Origin: a virus
Direction: 5' to 3' (one strand)
IMG/VR virus record: IMGVR_UViG_3300029305_002985
Span: 68,092-132,091 of that record
Length of the DNA: 64,000 nt
Below are positions 26,173 through 39,400 of the stretch, one piece after another. The notes beneath the pieces were generated by a model. The model had not been told where the DNA came from, did no database searches, and saw only the letters and a program-made list of their open reading frames with translations. How positions within the stretch are numbered: the first letter of the stretch is position 1; every line of letters begins with the position of its first letter. Made by a program: the position numbers and the translations under genes.

Positions 26173-27108
26173 ATGCAATTCGGTATTCGCGAAATTTGTG
26201 ATGTTGTTTTTAAGGCTAAAAATGCCGGCTCTCTTGGTTCTTTTAATTATGTTGCAGGTCAGCCTGTTCTTTACATCGACAGCGCTAAGACTTCTACCAT
26301 GGAGGGCGCCGCTACCACTGTTTATGCTCAGGGTGGTAAGGGCAATGCGCGTTTAATTGCTTGGGAAGGTGAGAGAACTCTTACTTTCACAGTTGAAGAT
26401 GCGCTTCTTTCTGAGCTTGGTTTCGCAATTCTTTCTGGTGCTGGCATTCTTAAGGCTGGCGCAGGCAAGACTGTTTATGTTCATACTACTGCTACTCAAG
26501 TAGTTGGCACAGACGGCACTATTGATTTAACGGATGCTCTTGGAGCAAATGAAAAGATCGACGACAACTCTCCTGTCTTTGCAATGGTAATGAGCCAAGG
26601 TTCTATTGAATCTATGCTTAGTGGACTTGAGGTTGATGCAACAGGTAAGAAGCTTACTGGTGCAATTAAAGCTGGTACGGTTAACGGAGAGGAAGTTGCA
26701 AATATTTATGCAGGTAAAACTGTGTTTGTTGATTTCTATGTTGCTAAGACCGAGGGCGTTACAGAGATGAGCATTGACATGGAGAACTTTGCTGGTTACT
26801 ACTATGTTGAAGCATCTACTCTTTTCCGTCGTCAATCTGATGGTAAAGATCTTCCTGCCGAGCTTATCTTCCCCAATGTTAAGATTCAGTCTAACTTTAC
26901 CTTTACGATGGCAGCAACTGGCGACCCTTCTACTTTCACCTTCACAATGGATGCTATGCCTGGCTATACTCGTTTCGACCGCACTAAGAAAGTGCTTTGC
27001 GTAATGCAGGTTGTTGACGAGAGTGCCGCTACCGCAGATGATGAAGTTGATTCAACTAGCACAACTGCTGATGGTGAACTTAAGTATCCTATCGTTGATG
27101 CTGACTAA
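26173..27108 (+). CDS. major tail (tube) protein, 311 aa
   Basis: TAG-free, strong RBS AAGGAGG, followed by a terminator. Located upstream of the chaperone-like genes and the tape measure. Confidence 0.55.
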   Translation: MQFGIREICDVVFKAKNAGSLGSFNYVAGQPVLYIDSAKTSTMEGAATTVYAQGGKGNARLIAWEGERTLTFTVEDALLSELGFAILSGAGILKAGAGKTVYVHTTATQVVGTDGTIDLTDALGANEKIDDNSPVFAMVMSQGSIESMLSGLEVDATGKKLTGAIKAGTVNGEEVANIYAGKTVFVDFYVAKTEGVTEMSIDMENFAGYYYVEASTLFRRQSDGKDLPAELIFPNVKIQSNFTFTMAATGDPSTFTFTMDAMPGYTRFDRTKKVLCVMQVVDESAATADDEVDSTSTTADGELKYPIVDAD

Positions 27109-27122
27109 TAATTTCAATAATA

Positions 27123-27150
27123 AAAAGGAAGGCTTCGGCCTTCCTTTTTA
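27123..27150 (+). terminator. rho-independent terminator after the major tail gene
   Basis: ggaaggc-ttcg-gccttcc followed by tttttat. Confidence 0.6.
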
Positions 27151-27164
27151 TATAGGAGGTTTAT

Positions 27165-28169
27165 ATGCATACAAATATTGCTAAGACACTTACAAAAACG
27201 ATTGTAGAAGAGCATCCCGCGTTATTTATGGCGGAGTTCAAAAGCATATTAGAGCCATTAAAAAATTCTTTGGAGGTATATTGTAGAGAAGTTTCTCAAT
27301 TAAGGGATTAGTTAAGTCAATATCCTATACAAACAGCATAGCCATAGAAACATGATAAGGAAAGTTATCAAGCTCGTGCGATCGAAGTGCGCGACATTAG
27401 AAATAAAATTAAAGAAGCTAGTTTTGATATACGCAGAATGTTATTAGATGGATATAAATTAATTTAGTTGACAAGAGAAGTATTAACAGGATAGCAAATA
27501 GATTATTAGATTGGTTTTGAACTAGGACGCGGAAAAAATAAAAAGTTTTATAATGGTAAGACCTCCATGGAAGAAATTCTTAAAAATGCAAAAATTAGTT
27601 TAGCCGCAACCCAAAAAGGAGGAACTCTAGATTATGTATTAAAGGTTGCAAATAAAACAACTTTAATTGCTTAGGGTATTACAGTGACAGAAGCTAATTC
27701 TGATCAAACTAATTTATTATCAAGAATTAAGGTTTACAGTCAAAGAAGCCATATGAAACTTAATAATGGACATATTTATGAAATTTATGCAAATTTTGAT
27801 AAAAATGGTAATTATTCTCCTAGTACGCAATAGCTGCGTCATATGGCAAAGACAGTGCTGTCAAACACAGATAAGTTTTATCATAAAGGCGATATTGATT
27901 TAACACAGATAAAAGGCTTATTGGGTTCAAATCCTTCTATTGTAAATTTTTCAAGTATTTTTTTAGCGGTATAGGCTTTATATAAAATTATTAAAGATCT
28001 ATGTGATATGAAGATTTCAGAGACAGAGGCTTACGCAATGTTACAAAGTTTCTTTCATTTTGATCAAAAAATTGGAGATGTTAGTCAAGATGTTGTAAAA
28101 ATGGCGGTAGATGAAATTAAAACCTTATTTAAGAATTTGCCAAATAACTATTATATTAATACGACTTGA
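27165..28169 (+). CDS. hypothetical protein between tail tube and tape measure, about 334 aa, many sense TAGs
   Basis: Frame 0 is continuous from ATG 27165 (RBS TAGGAGG) to TGA 28167-28169. Confidence 0.45.
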
Positions 28170-28194
28170 CTTTTTAAAAATTTTCCTATATAAT
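28166..28194 (+). promoter_or_regulatory. internal sigmaA-type promoter TTGACT-17-TATAAT
   Basis: TTGACTttttaaaaattttcctaTATAAT, overlapping the stop of the previous gene. Confidence 0.5.
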
Positions 28195-28238
28195 ATAATT
28201 AGTAATCTAAATAAGAGATAAAAGGAGATAAATTAAAT

Positions 28239-28772
28239 ATGAAATTTTCTGATTTTAATTTAAAACTTGACACTTCTTATAATACTTTTGAAATTGGTCC
28301 TAATCAAGAAGTACAAGTATTAAAGTATCTTCCTATTGAAGATAAAAATGATTTGATTCAAATTACTCTTCAAAATAGTGAAGAAAATGGTCTTTATAAT
28401 TTACTATTAGTAGATATGTATTTCCATTTGTATATTGTATATATGTATACAGATATTGAATTTACAGATGAAGAAAAAGATGACGCGCCAAAGCTCTATG
28501 ATATTCTTTGGAGCACAGGAGTTATGAGTGCCGTTTTAAATGCTATGAATGAAGAAGAATATAATACTCTTTTCGGGATGCTTCAAGATACTATTGAGGA
28601 TAGAAAACAATATAAAAATACTATTGCTTCTGTTATTAATGGTTTTATTGAGAATATGCCTGTCAACGCAGAGGATGCAGCAGAGATTATTAAGAAATTC
28701 GATCCTGAACAATTCCAGCAAGTGATTCAGTTCGCGCAAGCTGCTAACGGCGGCCGCCCTATTGAGGGTTGA
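28239..28772 (+). CDS. tail assembly chaperone-like acidic protein, 177 aa
   Basis: Acidic ORF with no TAG, immediately upstream of the tape measure gene. RBS AAAAGGAG. Confidence 0.45.
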   Translation: MKFSDFNLKLDTSYNTFEIGPNQEVQVLKYLPIEDKNDLIQITLQNSEENGLYNLLLVDMYFHLYIVYMYTDIEFTDEEKDDAPKLYDILWSTGVMSAVLNAMNEEEYNTLFGMLQDTIEDRKQYKNTIASVINGFIENMPVNAEDAAEIIKKFDPEQFQQVIQFAQAANGGRPIEG

Positions 28773-28800
28773 GAAAACGAGGCCAATTTAAATTAATCGA

Positions 28801-28850
28801 AATACCCTTATCTTTATATTATATTAAGGTAAGGGTATTTTTATTTTTAC
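28801..28850 (+). terminator. terminator- or attenuator-like hairpin between the chaperone and tape measure genes
   Basis: Arms aataccctta / taagggtatt (10 bp) with a 19-nt loop, followed by tttatttttac. Confidence 0.4.
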
Positions 28851-28881
28851 CCTGAAATGAGAGAAAAGGAGGAAATAATAA

Positions 28882-31800
28882 ATGGCTAAACAAGGAAATA
28901 TTAAATTTGGTGTTTCTTTTGACATTGATTAGAAAAGATTGACTGAATTAAAAACTTCCTTATCAAAATTATCTTCTATTAGTCAATTTGATTTAATTAA
29001 ACCAGATAAAGATATTGCTGATTTAAGACGTATTCAAGACACTGCGAAACAAGTTGGAGTAGCTTTATAGTCAAGTTTTAATAAAGATTTAGGAACTTAT
29101 AATATCTAGACTTTTAGAAATAATTTAACTGCATCGAATTTAGATATTGCCACTATTGGTAAGACATTTGCTTAGGCAGGAGAAAAAGGAAATATTGCTT
29201 TTAGAAATATGATTTAGGCTATTTCTAAAACCAAATTTGAACTTAAAGAGTCTCATGGTATCCTTGATAAAATGAGAGAAACTTTAACCAATACCTTACG
29301 ATGGACTATTGCTTCAAAAGCAATTAATAGTGTAACTGGCTCAATTCAAAAAGCTTGGGGTTTTACAAAGCAACTAGATGCTTCTTTAACAGATATTATG
29401 ATTGTTACAGGAAAAAGCTCTAGCGAAATGGAAAAGTTTGCAAAACAGGCAAACAAAGCTGCTAAGGCTATTGGTGGCACGACAAAAGAATACACTGATG
29501 CAGCATTGATTTATTATCAATAGGGTTTAAATGATCAAGAGGTGGCTGCAAGAACAGAAACCACTGTAAAAGTTGCAAATATTACAGACCAGGGCACAAA
29601 AGAAGTCTCTGAACAATTGACAGCTGTATGGAATGGTTATAAAGTATCTGCTCAAGAAGCGGAGAGCTATATTGATAAACTTGCCGCTGTTGCATCTACC
29701 ACTGCCGCAGACCTGGAAGAATTGTCTACTGGTATGAGCAGAGTTGCGTCCGCCGCAAATATTATGGGCGTTGATATTGACCAATTAAATGCTCAACTTG
29801 CTACTATTGTATCTGTTACAAGAGAAGCTCCTGAATCTATTGGTACAGCACTTAAAACAGTTTATGCTCGTATGAGTGATATTGAAGCAGGTATTGATTC
29901 TGAAACCACTCTTGGTGAATATACTTCTCAAATGGCAGAAATGGGTATTAATGTACTCAATGCCCAAGGCAATCTAAGAGATATGGGCGATGTAGTTGAA
30001 GAAATTGGTGGTAAATGGAACACTTTAAATCGTGAATAGTAGGTTTCTTTGGCTCAGTCTATTGCAGGTACAAGACAGTATTCTCGTATGATGGCCTTAT
30101 TTGATAATTGGGATATGTATTAGGAGGCTCTTACTACTTCATAGTCTTCTATTGGTACTGTAGCTTAGCAAAACAGTATTTATATGGATTCATTAGATGC
30201 AAAACTAGAAAGCTTAACTGCTAGTGCAGAAAAGCTTTATATGCAACTATTTGATTCAGATAGTTTTAAATCTTTAATTGAAACAGTTGCCACATTAGTT
30301 GATGGTATTAGTAGTTTTGTAGAAGGATTAGGTGGAGGCGGGAATTTATTATTAATGCTTACCCCGTTATTAACTAATTTATTTAGTAAAACTATTGGTC
30401 AAGGACTTTCTTCTACCCTAATAAATTTAGTAAATGCTAAAACGCGAGCTCAAGAAATGTCTGCCAGCCTCATTGAAATGAGGTCTTTGCTTAAAGACAT
30501 AGGGGATGGAACTGAAATTGATCCTTTATCAGTAAAATTTTTAAAGATTTAGGAACATTTAAAAACGCTTTATTAGCAAGGAATGCTAACAAAAGAAGAA
30601 TTTGAATAGCTTAGTAACACTGCATCAACAGCAATAGACGACGCAAATCAAGCGTCTGCGTTAAGAGCTGAGCGATAGAATATTGATAGCAAAGTTGCTG
30701 TAGGAGGCGGACTTTCATTAGAAGCAATTGCTCAAGAAAGAGACGCAGGAAATCTTGAAAAAGTTGCAACAATGCAACGAGACTATGCAACTGAAGTTGA
30801 CGCAAAAACAACTATGTTTGAAGATACCTATCAACATTATAATGAAGACTTGGCACAAATTGATTCAACCGATACTGAACAAATAAAAAAATATATTGAT
30901 CAATTACGACAAGAAATTGAAAATGTTGGTGTTATTTCTGATGAGGACGAGGCACAAATTGAAGCTAGCTTATAGGCGGCAGAGCAAGAGCTAGAAATCA
31001 TGAATAAAAAGAAAAATGCTTTAAAAGAAATTCAAGAGTTACAAGCATAGAATAGGCAAATTGCTGAAGATGCAGGCACTTATGATCCTAATGAAATGGA
31101 TGCAAGTACTGCTGGATTATTAGAAGCTAATGGTCAAAGAATATAGGCATTACAACAAGAAGCAGATAGTTATGGTGATCTTGAAAAAAGAGGAACCTAG
31201 GCTATTTTACGCATTGAAGGCGCAAATGGTCGAGCTCTTAAAGGAATAGAGACAGGTAGTAAAAGAGTTAAGGCTGCAGCTAAACAAGCAGGATCAGGAT
31301 TAGAATCTGAATTGGATAAACGAAGCAAAAATGCTGTTAATAAAATAGAAAAAAATTTTAATAAATTAGATTTAGCTTCGTCAATTAAAACATTTACTAA
31401 TGTAGCCGGCGCGGCAATGGGAGTAATTTCTGCTTTTCAAACTTTAAAGGGTATTGGCAATATTTGGGATAACGATGATCTAACAACAGGTGAAAAAGTT
31501 ACTTAGACATTTACAACTATTCTTTCTACTGCGCTAATGCTTATTCCTACTTTAACCAGTGTTATTGGAGGTTTGGTCGGAAAAGCAAAAGCAATGGTTG
31601 CAAGCGCTGCAGCAGCCGCCGCCGATGCAGCTGCGACTGGTACAGCAACAGGTGCCACTCTGTCTTTTGGTGCGGCATTGTGGGCTACTATTTGGCCTAT
31701 TTTAGCAGTAGTTGCGGCAATCGGCGCCTTAGTTGCTATTGTTGCATTAGTAGCTTATGCATTAGATGCAGATTCGCGCGCAGCCAAAGAAGCAGCAGAA

Positions 31801-34800
31801 ACTGCCAAAGGATTAGAAGAAAGCTATAAAAATGTGCAAAAAGCATATGAAGATTTAAAGAAATCTTTATCAGAATATGACGAAGCTCAAAAAGCTTTGG
31901 ATGAGATGACCAAGGGCACCAAAGAATGGGAGGAGGCCTTATAGGCTGCCAACCAACAGGTTTTAGATTTGCTAACTAAATATCCTGAACTAGTAGAGTA
32001 TGTAACACGCACTAGCGATGGTAGATTGCAAATTTCTGAAGAGGGACAAGAAAAAGTTTTAGCAAAGGCTGAGGGCGCTGTTGCAACTGCGGGGTTAATG
32101 AGCACCCTTGGTAAGGTAAGAGCCACTGGTAAATAGTTGACATCCGATGTTACAGATGTAATTCGTGAGAATAATATGCAATATACTGCCTCAGATGGAT
32201 CATTGTATTAGGTGGGTACAGCTTAGTTAGAGGGTATTGTCAAAAAGCTATCGGAAGAGGGGCTGACTTTAAGCGGGCTTGACGCCGCAGGTATTCAGAA
32301 ATTATTAAGTGAGAAACTTAATATTTCTATTGACAGTATTTTTGCAGCAAGCCTAGACAAGGCGAGTGAGGAAATAGACAAAATGTCTATGGCACTAGAA
32401 CAAAATACAGATGCTTTACGATTATCTTTTGAAGAAACTGCTAAAGATTATTATGAGTCTCAGGGCCATGATTTAGGACCTAATGCTGCGGCAGTAACGC
32501 GTGCAATGAGTACCACTATTACAGAAGATAAAATTTCTCAAAAAATAGATGATATGGACTGGAAAATGGATGATGATGCTTTCCATGAGGAGTATGCTAA
32601 ATACATGGTTGAAACAGGATAGTGGCAATCATATAGCAATATTGATGATGAGCTTGGTTCAGGTGCGTTTACTTATGTAGATGCAAAAGGAGAAACACAC
32701 AGTGGAGAATCTATTAGCGATGATATTATTATGACCGCAGTGGCATCTCATCAACTCATGAAAGATTCTGAATCTGACTTAGAAAGTGTTATTGCTGCTG
32801 TAGGAGAGCTAGCAGCAATGAGTGGCGGCAACAAGGAATTAGAATTTGCTTTGACTAATTTATCTGGCAGCCAAGGAGAAAAAGTAGATTTGTCTGCAAT
32901 GACATAGGACGAAGTTACTGCATTTCAAAATATGGATCTTTCTAAGGTTGACTATAAAGCATTAGGGTATGATAGTCTTGAAGAATTAGAAAAAACTCGT
33001 CAAGCATCAATAGATGCATATAATACTGCTTTAAATACTTATACTGATGGTTTATCTGAAACAGCAAAAGGTGCATTTAATGAATTGCTAGCTGGTGAAG
33101 ACGACCAGGGTGGCTTAAAAGATCATGTTAATTAGCTAACTTTGTAGCAAAAGCAAAAGTTTGCAAAAATGTATCAACAAATGTTTGATGCAGCAGGGAA
33201 AGATGGGCTTGATAACTTTAATAAAGTTCTAATAAGCGCAGGAGAAAAATCTGATGAATTAATTAATTTATTAACAACAGAAACATTTGATTGGGCAAGC
33301 GATGATATTCAAGATGATTTATAGGCTAAATTAGACGAGGCTAATATTGAATTACCAGAAGGCTTTAATTTTGATGAATTAGTTGAGTCAATGCGTGTTT
33401 TAAATGGTATTGATACTAGCTTTAATCTTGCTAAAACACAAGAAAGTATTGCTCAAATTTAGGGCTTAGTAGGTTCTTTAAATCAGCAAGGAGATACTAT
33501 TTCTGCAGAAGACTATGAAGCTCTTGGAGATGAAGCGCAAAGCTATTTTACTCAAATGGCTGATGGTACATATATGCTTACTGAGTCCGTAACAGGATTT
33601 TCTAAAGCTATGAAAGAGTATTCTAAAAATAAAGCACTAAGAGAATTAGAAGAAGAAGCAAAATAGTTGAAAAAATAGGAAACTGATCTCGGCGCACTGG
33701 CAAAGTTAACCACAGTCGGGACAGTAACAACAGCAAAATCTGCGGCAGCGGCTTACCAAGATGCCTATAACGCGTATTTTGATGCTGGAGATGATCAAAC
33801 AGAGACAACCAATAAAAAAGTTATTAAAGATTGGCTACTTGGAAATAGCTCATCGGCATATGCTTTTAAACAAAATACCAATAATAAATTAGCCGATGGA
33901 AAAACTTTTGCATCATTAACTGATGAAGAATGGGAAGAATATATTAATAAAAGATTTTATTAGCTTGGTGGTAATACTATTGAAATTTATGATGATTATG
34001 AGTTTTCAACTAATGGACATGATATAACGTAGTTAGATCTTAATGACACCAATGAAGATGGAATAGATATTTTAGCAGAGGTTTCCAAAGAAAAAGGATA
34101 CGCTGCCGATAGAACAGCCACCGGTTAGCGATTTGCAAATTCATCTACTTTAGGCTAGATTAACAGTAATTTATAGATACTTAAAAATTTAGACTCTTCT
34201 ACTCTGGAAGAATTAGGGTTTAAACCCAGTGAAATTGAAGATTATATAAAACAACTTTCTACGATTTCGAGTAAAGGCGGCGCCCTTGATGCAAATGATG
34301 TTACCACAGTTAATAATATTGCTAAGATTTTTAGTGATATTTCTTTTGACGCTATTAATACCGAAAGTTTTACCGAAGGAATCTTAAATACCTTGAAACA
34401 AGCTAGTTCAGAAGAAGAGTTGGCTGCTTGGAAAGAAGACTTTCTTAAAAAATTTGGATATACAAGCTTAGAGGCGCTAGAAAGTGATACTACCGCAGTC
34501 GCCACCGCAATTAAGGCAGCATTTAATGATACCTTATTGCCATTGGTAGTAGCTAAAAATCATACTGAAGAGTTATTGAAAAACTATGAGTCTCAACTTG
34601 AAGCTATTGAAAAAATCAATTCAGAATATGAACATATGAACTCTTTGCTTGAGCATCAACGTACTTTAATTGAATTAACCGCAGGCGAAGATGCTTACTC
34701 TGAGCTAGCTGATCTTTATGAGAGTTAGGTTTCTGCAGTAGAGGCATAGCTCCAAAACTCTGCAAAATCTGTTTCCTATTGGCAAAATGAAATGACTGCG

Positions 34801-36345
34801 GCAATCGCATCTGGAGACTCTGCTCTTTATGAAGCCGCAAAAGCTAACTGGGAAAGTGCAACCTCTTCGTATTATGACCAAATGTCTCAAAAAATTGAAT
34901 TACTGAAAGAACAGTATTTAAATTCAATTAATGAAATCTTTGATGAACAAGAAAAACTCTGGGGTGATGGAAAGAGTTTGAATTATATTGAAAGTCAGTG
35001 GGATATGATTCAAAAACGCGGCGATCAATATCTTGATCCCGTTAATGCGGCATTTGAAAAGCAAAAGGTTGAAAACAAGTTTGATACCGCAATTAATGAA
35101 ACTCAAAGTCTTACAGCTCAAAAGCGATTAAGAGATTTAATGAATGATGAGTTAGCGTTGCTTGAAGACAAAGATAAGTTAAGCGAATATGACTTAAAAC
35201 GCGCGGAAGCCCGTCTTGAAGTGGAAAAAGCTTAGATTGCTTTGGAAGAAGCTAGAGCTAATAAGTCTAAGATGCGCTTAATGCGTGGCGTGGACGGTAC
35301 TTATAGCTATCAATATGTTGCAGATGTTGATAATATTGCTAAAGCGCAAGAAACCCTTAATAAGGCTCAACAAGATTTGTATAATCTTGACACCGATGAA
35401 TATAAAGCAAATCTTGAGACTGCTTTAGAGTATTACCAAGAATATAAAGAGAAGTTGCTTGAGATTAATCAGATTACAAATCAAGATGAAAGAAATGCTT
35501 AGTTGGCATTATTAAAAGAGGAATATATTGGTGAAAATGGCTTATTAACCAATCTTCTTGGAGATAATGATGAAATTAAAGCTAATCTTGCTTCTTCTTT
35601 TGGTGACTCAATGGTGTTGCTTGGAGAGGACTTCGGTTTGCTTGGAGATGCGGTTGATGCAACTACTAGTAGCTTAGCTGATTTTATTGAAAACATGGAT
35701 TTAAGTTCTCTTGAATCTGAATTGAATAATTTAACCACTCCCTGGGAAGAAATTAATGCAGCTACTGTAGAATGGACAACTTCTCTTGAAAATGCAAAAG
35801 CTACTGTAGAAGAAATCGCCGCAGCCATGAGCACGGCCACTTGGGGTAGTACAAATGGTTTAACCGCTACCACCGGCTGGGATGGAGAAAAGGTAGGTAC
35901 TGAAATTGCTACCTCTCTTAAAGATTTACTTACTTCTCTTACATGGACGCAAAATGCAGAAACTGGTGAATGGGGATGGACTGCTCCTGCAAGTGCGGCA
36001 ACAGGTATGTATACTGGTGAATGGGGCGACGAAGGAAAGCTTGCTATTCTTCATGAAAAAGAGCTCGTCCTTAATAAAATGGACACTGAGAATATTCTTG
36101 CAGCAGTTGATTTAGTAAGACGCATTTCAAACGCACTTTCTTCTTCAATGTTAGCAAATACGCTTGCAGATATTGAAGCAACCTATGCAGAAACATTTGA
36201 TAATTCTGAGAGCGAAGTGCTTGAACAGAATGTTCATATCACTGCAGAGTTCCCGAATGCAACGGATAAGAATGAAATTGAAGCGGCGTTCGATGAACTT
36301 ATCAATCTAGCCACTTAGAAAATTTACGAGAACAAGCGTAAATAA
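28882..36345 (+). CDS. tail tape measure protein, about 2,487 aa, with more than 50 sense TAG codons
   Basis: Thirteen ORF-track fragments from 29272 to 36318 share frame 1 with the ATG at 28882 (RBS AAAGGAGG). Gaps contain only TAG. Conserved tape-measure core ...ALKTVYARMSDIEAG...GKWNTLNRE(TAG)(TAG)VSLAQSIAGTRQYSRMMALFDNWDMY. Hydrophobic stretch at 31537-31760. Ends at TAA 36343-36345. Confidence 0.8.
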
Positions 36346-36356
36346 TCTAATTCTAT

Positions 36357-36390
36357 GGCGGCGATCAGATAATGATCGCCGCCCTTTAGA
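36357..36390 (+). terminator. hairpin terminator after the tape measure gene
   Basis: ggcggcgatc-agataat-gatcgccgcc followed by ctttag. Confidence 0.45.
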
Positions 36391-36393
36391 AGC

Positions 36394-36422
36394 TTGACTT
36401 TTGACAAAAAACAAAATATAAT
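36394..36422 (+). promoter_or_regulatory. sigmaA-type promoter TTGACT-17-TATAAT
   Basis: TTGACTtttgacaaaaaacaaaaTATAAT. Confidence 0.5.
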
Positions 36423-36453
36423 ATATAAAAAGAGATAAAAGGAGGTTGGATAA

Positions 36454-39400
36454 ATGGGCAATTTAGCCAACAAAATGCTTGAGGCGATGGGTATTATTGC
36501 AGATGCAGCCGCCGCAAGTTAGAATTTTGATAGAACTGTCTAGGCTCAAGTTATTAGTGTTAATTAGCAAGATGCTACAGAGTATGTTGTATCATATAAT
36601 GGTGCAAACTATTCCGCAAAAGGAGCAACTGGTTATACAGTGCAAAGCATTGTATGGGTAACTGTGCCAGGTAATGATTTTGGACAAAAGTTATAGATCA
36701 TTGGTTTATCTTCATCTATTGATGCATCTACTTAGATATTAAAGAGTAGCGAAAATGAATTTGAAACTATAACTTCAAATTTAGCATAGTTAAATTCTCA
36801 ATAGTCTTGGAGTGGTAATAATATTGTTTTATATGAAAGATAGGCTGGAAGAGACAATCCAACAACAGATTTATTGGGGCTAACAGACGGAGAAAGAATT
36901 ACTAATGCAATTAATAGCTCTCTTTATTTTGAAATTGGTACAACTATTACTACCACATTTTCTAATTATACTGGAGAGGAAAACTTTGGTATTAGATGTA
37001 CATTTAATAGTCTTTCTATTGGTAACGATGGGGTGATAACACTAGATATAAATGATTTCTCTGGCAATCCTTATTATTTGATTGGAGAGCCTTAGAAAAA
37101 AGTATTTTCTATTTCTGACGCAATTGAAGGATTAGAATTATTAAAAATTGAATTATTCTTTGAGAATATTCCTGCAGGAAGTTCGATTACTTTTAATTCT
37201 TTTACTTTTTATGGCTGTCGCATGGTTGACCGCAAAGATGGTCTTGAAGCAGTTATGCGTTTTGTAAACGGATCAGATAATATTATCATCCCTTTAGAGG
37301 GAAAGGAATTAGGCGAGGTCGATAATTTAATATTTGAGACAGTTTTGCGTAAAGATGGTATCTTAATTAAAAATGAAACAGAGCTTAATAGCTATAATTA
37401 TCAATGGTATTTAAAGACCCTAGAAGATAGCGCAGCGTTAAGATTGTTGGCTCCTGATTGGTCTGAAGCAGCTTTCTGCGGAACTACTGTTGATTGGGAT
37501 CTAGATAGTGAGAAAAAGAAGATTAAATAGTATAAAGGCGTTGATTCAGTTGTTTATATGCCTACAAAAATTATTGAATCATAGATATATGATAAAGTAA
37601 TTAAGGCAGAAGGCGACTCTGAGCGTATACAGGCCTTTCCTGATAATTCAACTGAGAATTTAGTCTATTATAGCAAGGAAACTAAGCAATATTATAAGGG
37701 TGGCGCAAATGGTGAATATATTTTAACTAATCTATATTCTCTTGCAAACGACTCTAATATTACTAAACTTGGGGTCTCTTGCGGAGATGGAGAAACTGCA
37801 TTATTTAAACCAGGAAATAATGTTGAAGCTATTATACTTAGCAGTGACATAGTATGGAACAATGTTGTTCGCCCTAGCCCAGAAAGAACTCGTGAAACAG
37901 TATATCTGCAATATTTAACTAATGCAGTTTTTTATTTAAAGCCAGGTAGTAGCACAATCAATACCTTACATAGCTATATAAAATCATTTCGGGTAATTAA
38001 AAAAGGTTGGGCAGAGTAGATTGCATCAAAACCAAATTAGTTAAAGATTAAAGCTGATGCGTTTTTTATGCCTAAGAGCTTTTTACAATGTAAAGTATCT
38101 CATAAAATAAATTCGACAAATGCGAAAACAGAAGAAGAAATAATTACCAATAGTTCTAGTAGTTATAAAATTGATTTTCAAATTGGAGATATTTATAGAG
38201 GCACTGGAGAAAATAAGGATAAATGGTATTAGTCATTGGCTTTTGGAGTTAAAGAAGGTTATGAGTGGCCAACAGATATACTACAATATGCTTGGTATAA
38301 AAATGACGAATTACAAAAAACCTAGTCTGGCGCAAGTAACGGCTCCACTTATCGTTCAATTACAATTGTAGTGCCTGCTGATCATAATGACACTTGGAAA
38401 GGTGAGATCTATACTGATACGAATTTCTTTGTTGTTAGTCATGAAACTACTATTAATTCGCGCCCGGCACCATAGGATGCAGAATCAAATACTTTAATAG
38501 TAGATTTAGTTGGACAATCTTTGTTTTTAATTAAAGAAGATGGAACGTGGCCCAACAATCAAGCTCCTTCACATACTATTACCGCTTATTTAACTTATCA
38601 TGATCAAACTGGTAATATTAGTTTTCCTACGGCAGACGAGTGTGAGTTTAAATGGTATCTAGGAGTGGGCGAAAATAAAGTCTAGCTACAAGCTATAAAT
38701 AATAATGAAATGAGTAATGAGGGAACAGGTGCAGCAATTAAAAGCGCCTTGGGGAATAGCGCTTTTAAAGAAATTAAAATTACAGGTAATGTCTTAGAGT
38801 TTGTAGCAAAATCCCCTTATTTATCTACTTATATTGAAAATTTAATTACTTGTGATGTTACTTATAGTTTTACGAAAGATGGTGAAACATAGGAAGTTAT
38901 TGGACACGGACAATATGATCCTTCCTTTGTTAAAAATGGTTAGGCCGGAACCAATGGTACCAATTTCTTATGTAGATTTACAATGAATGGCGGTGCGAGT
39001 TTTCCAGAATATTTAAAATCTGGCTCAATTAATACTACAAATTTAACAGCACTGGTTAAAAATGTAGTTAATAATAGCATTGTAGAGCCCTCTAAAATTA
39101 CTTATTTTTATGAAAATAACTAGAAAATTAATGAAGGTGAATAGGCTCCTGATTTTTCAGATATTAATAATCATAAAGTTCTTTACGCAACTTATGAAGC
39201 AGCAGGTGACCCATCTTCGACTTATTATACTTCTATTCCAATTATTAAACTTCAAGGTGACACAACTATCATAGAACCAACCACTTCTTTACAAGTAGTG
39301 TTTGGATAGTCTGGGCGTCTTGCAAGTGGACTGCCTATTACAATCACTTTAGGTTCAGGATCAAGTACTATTGGAGTAAAACCTTGGGAAGGGAAATATT

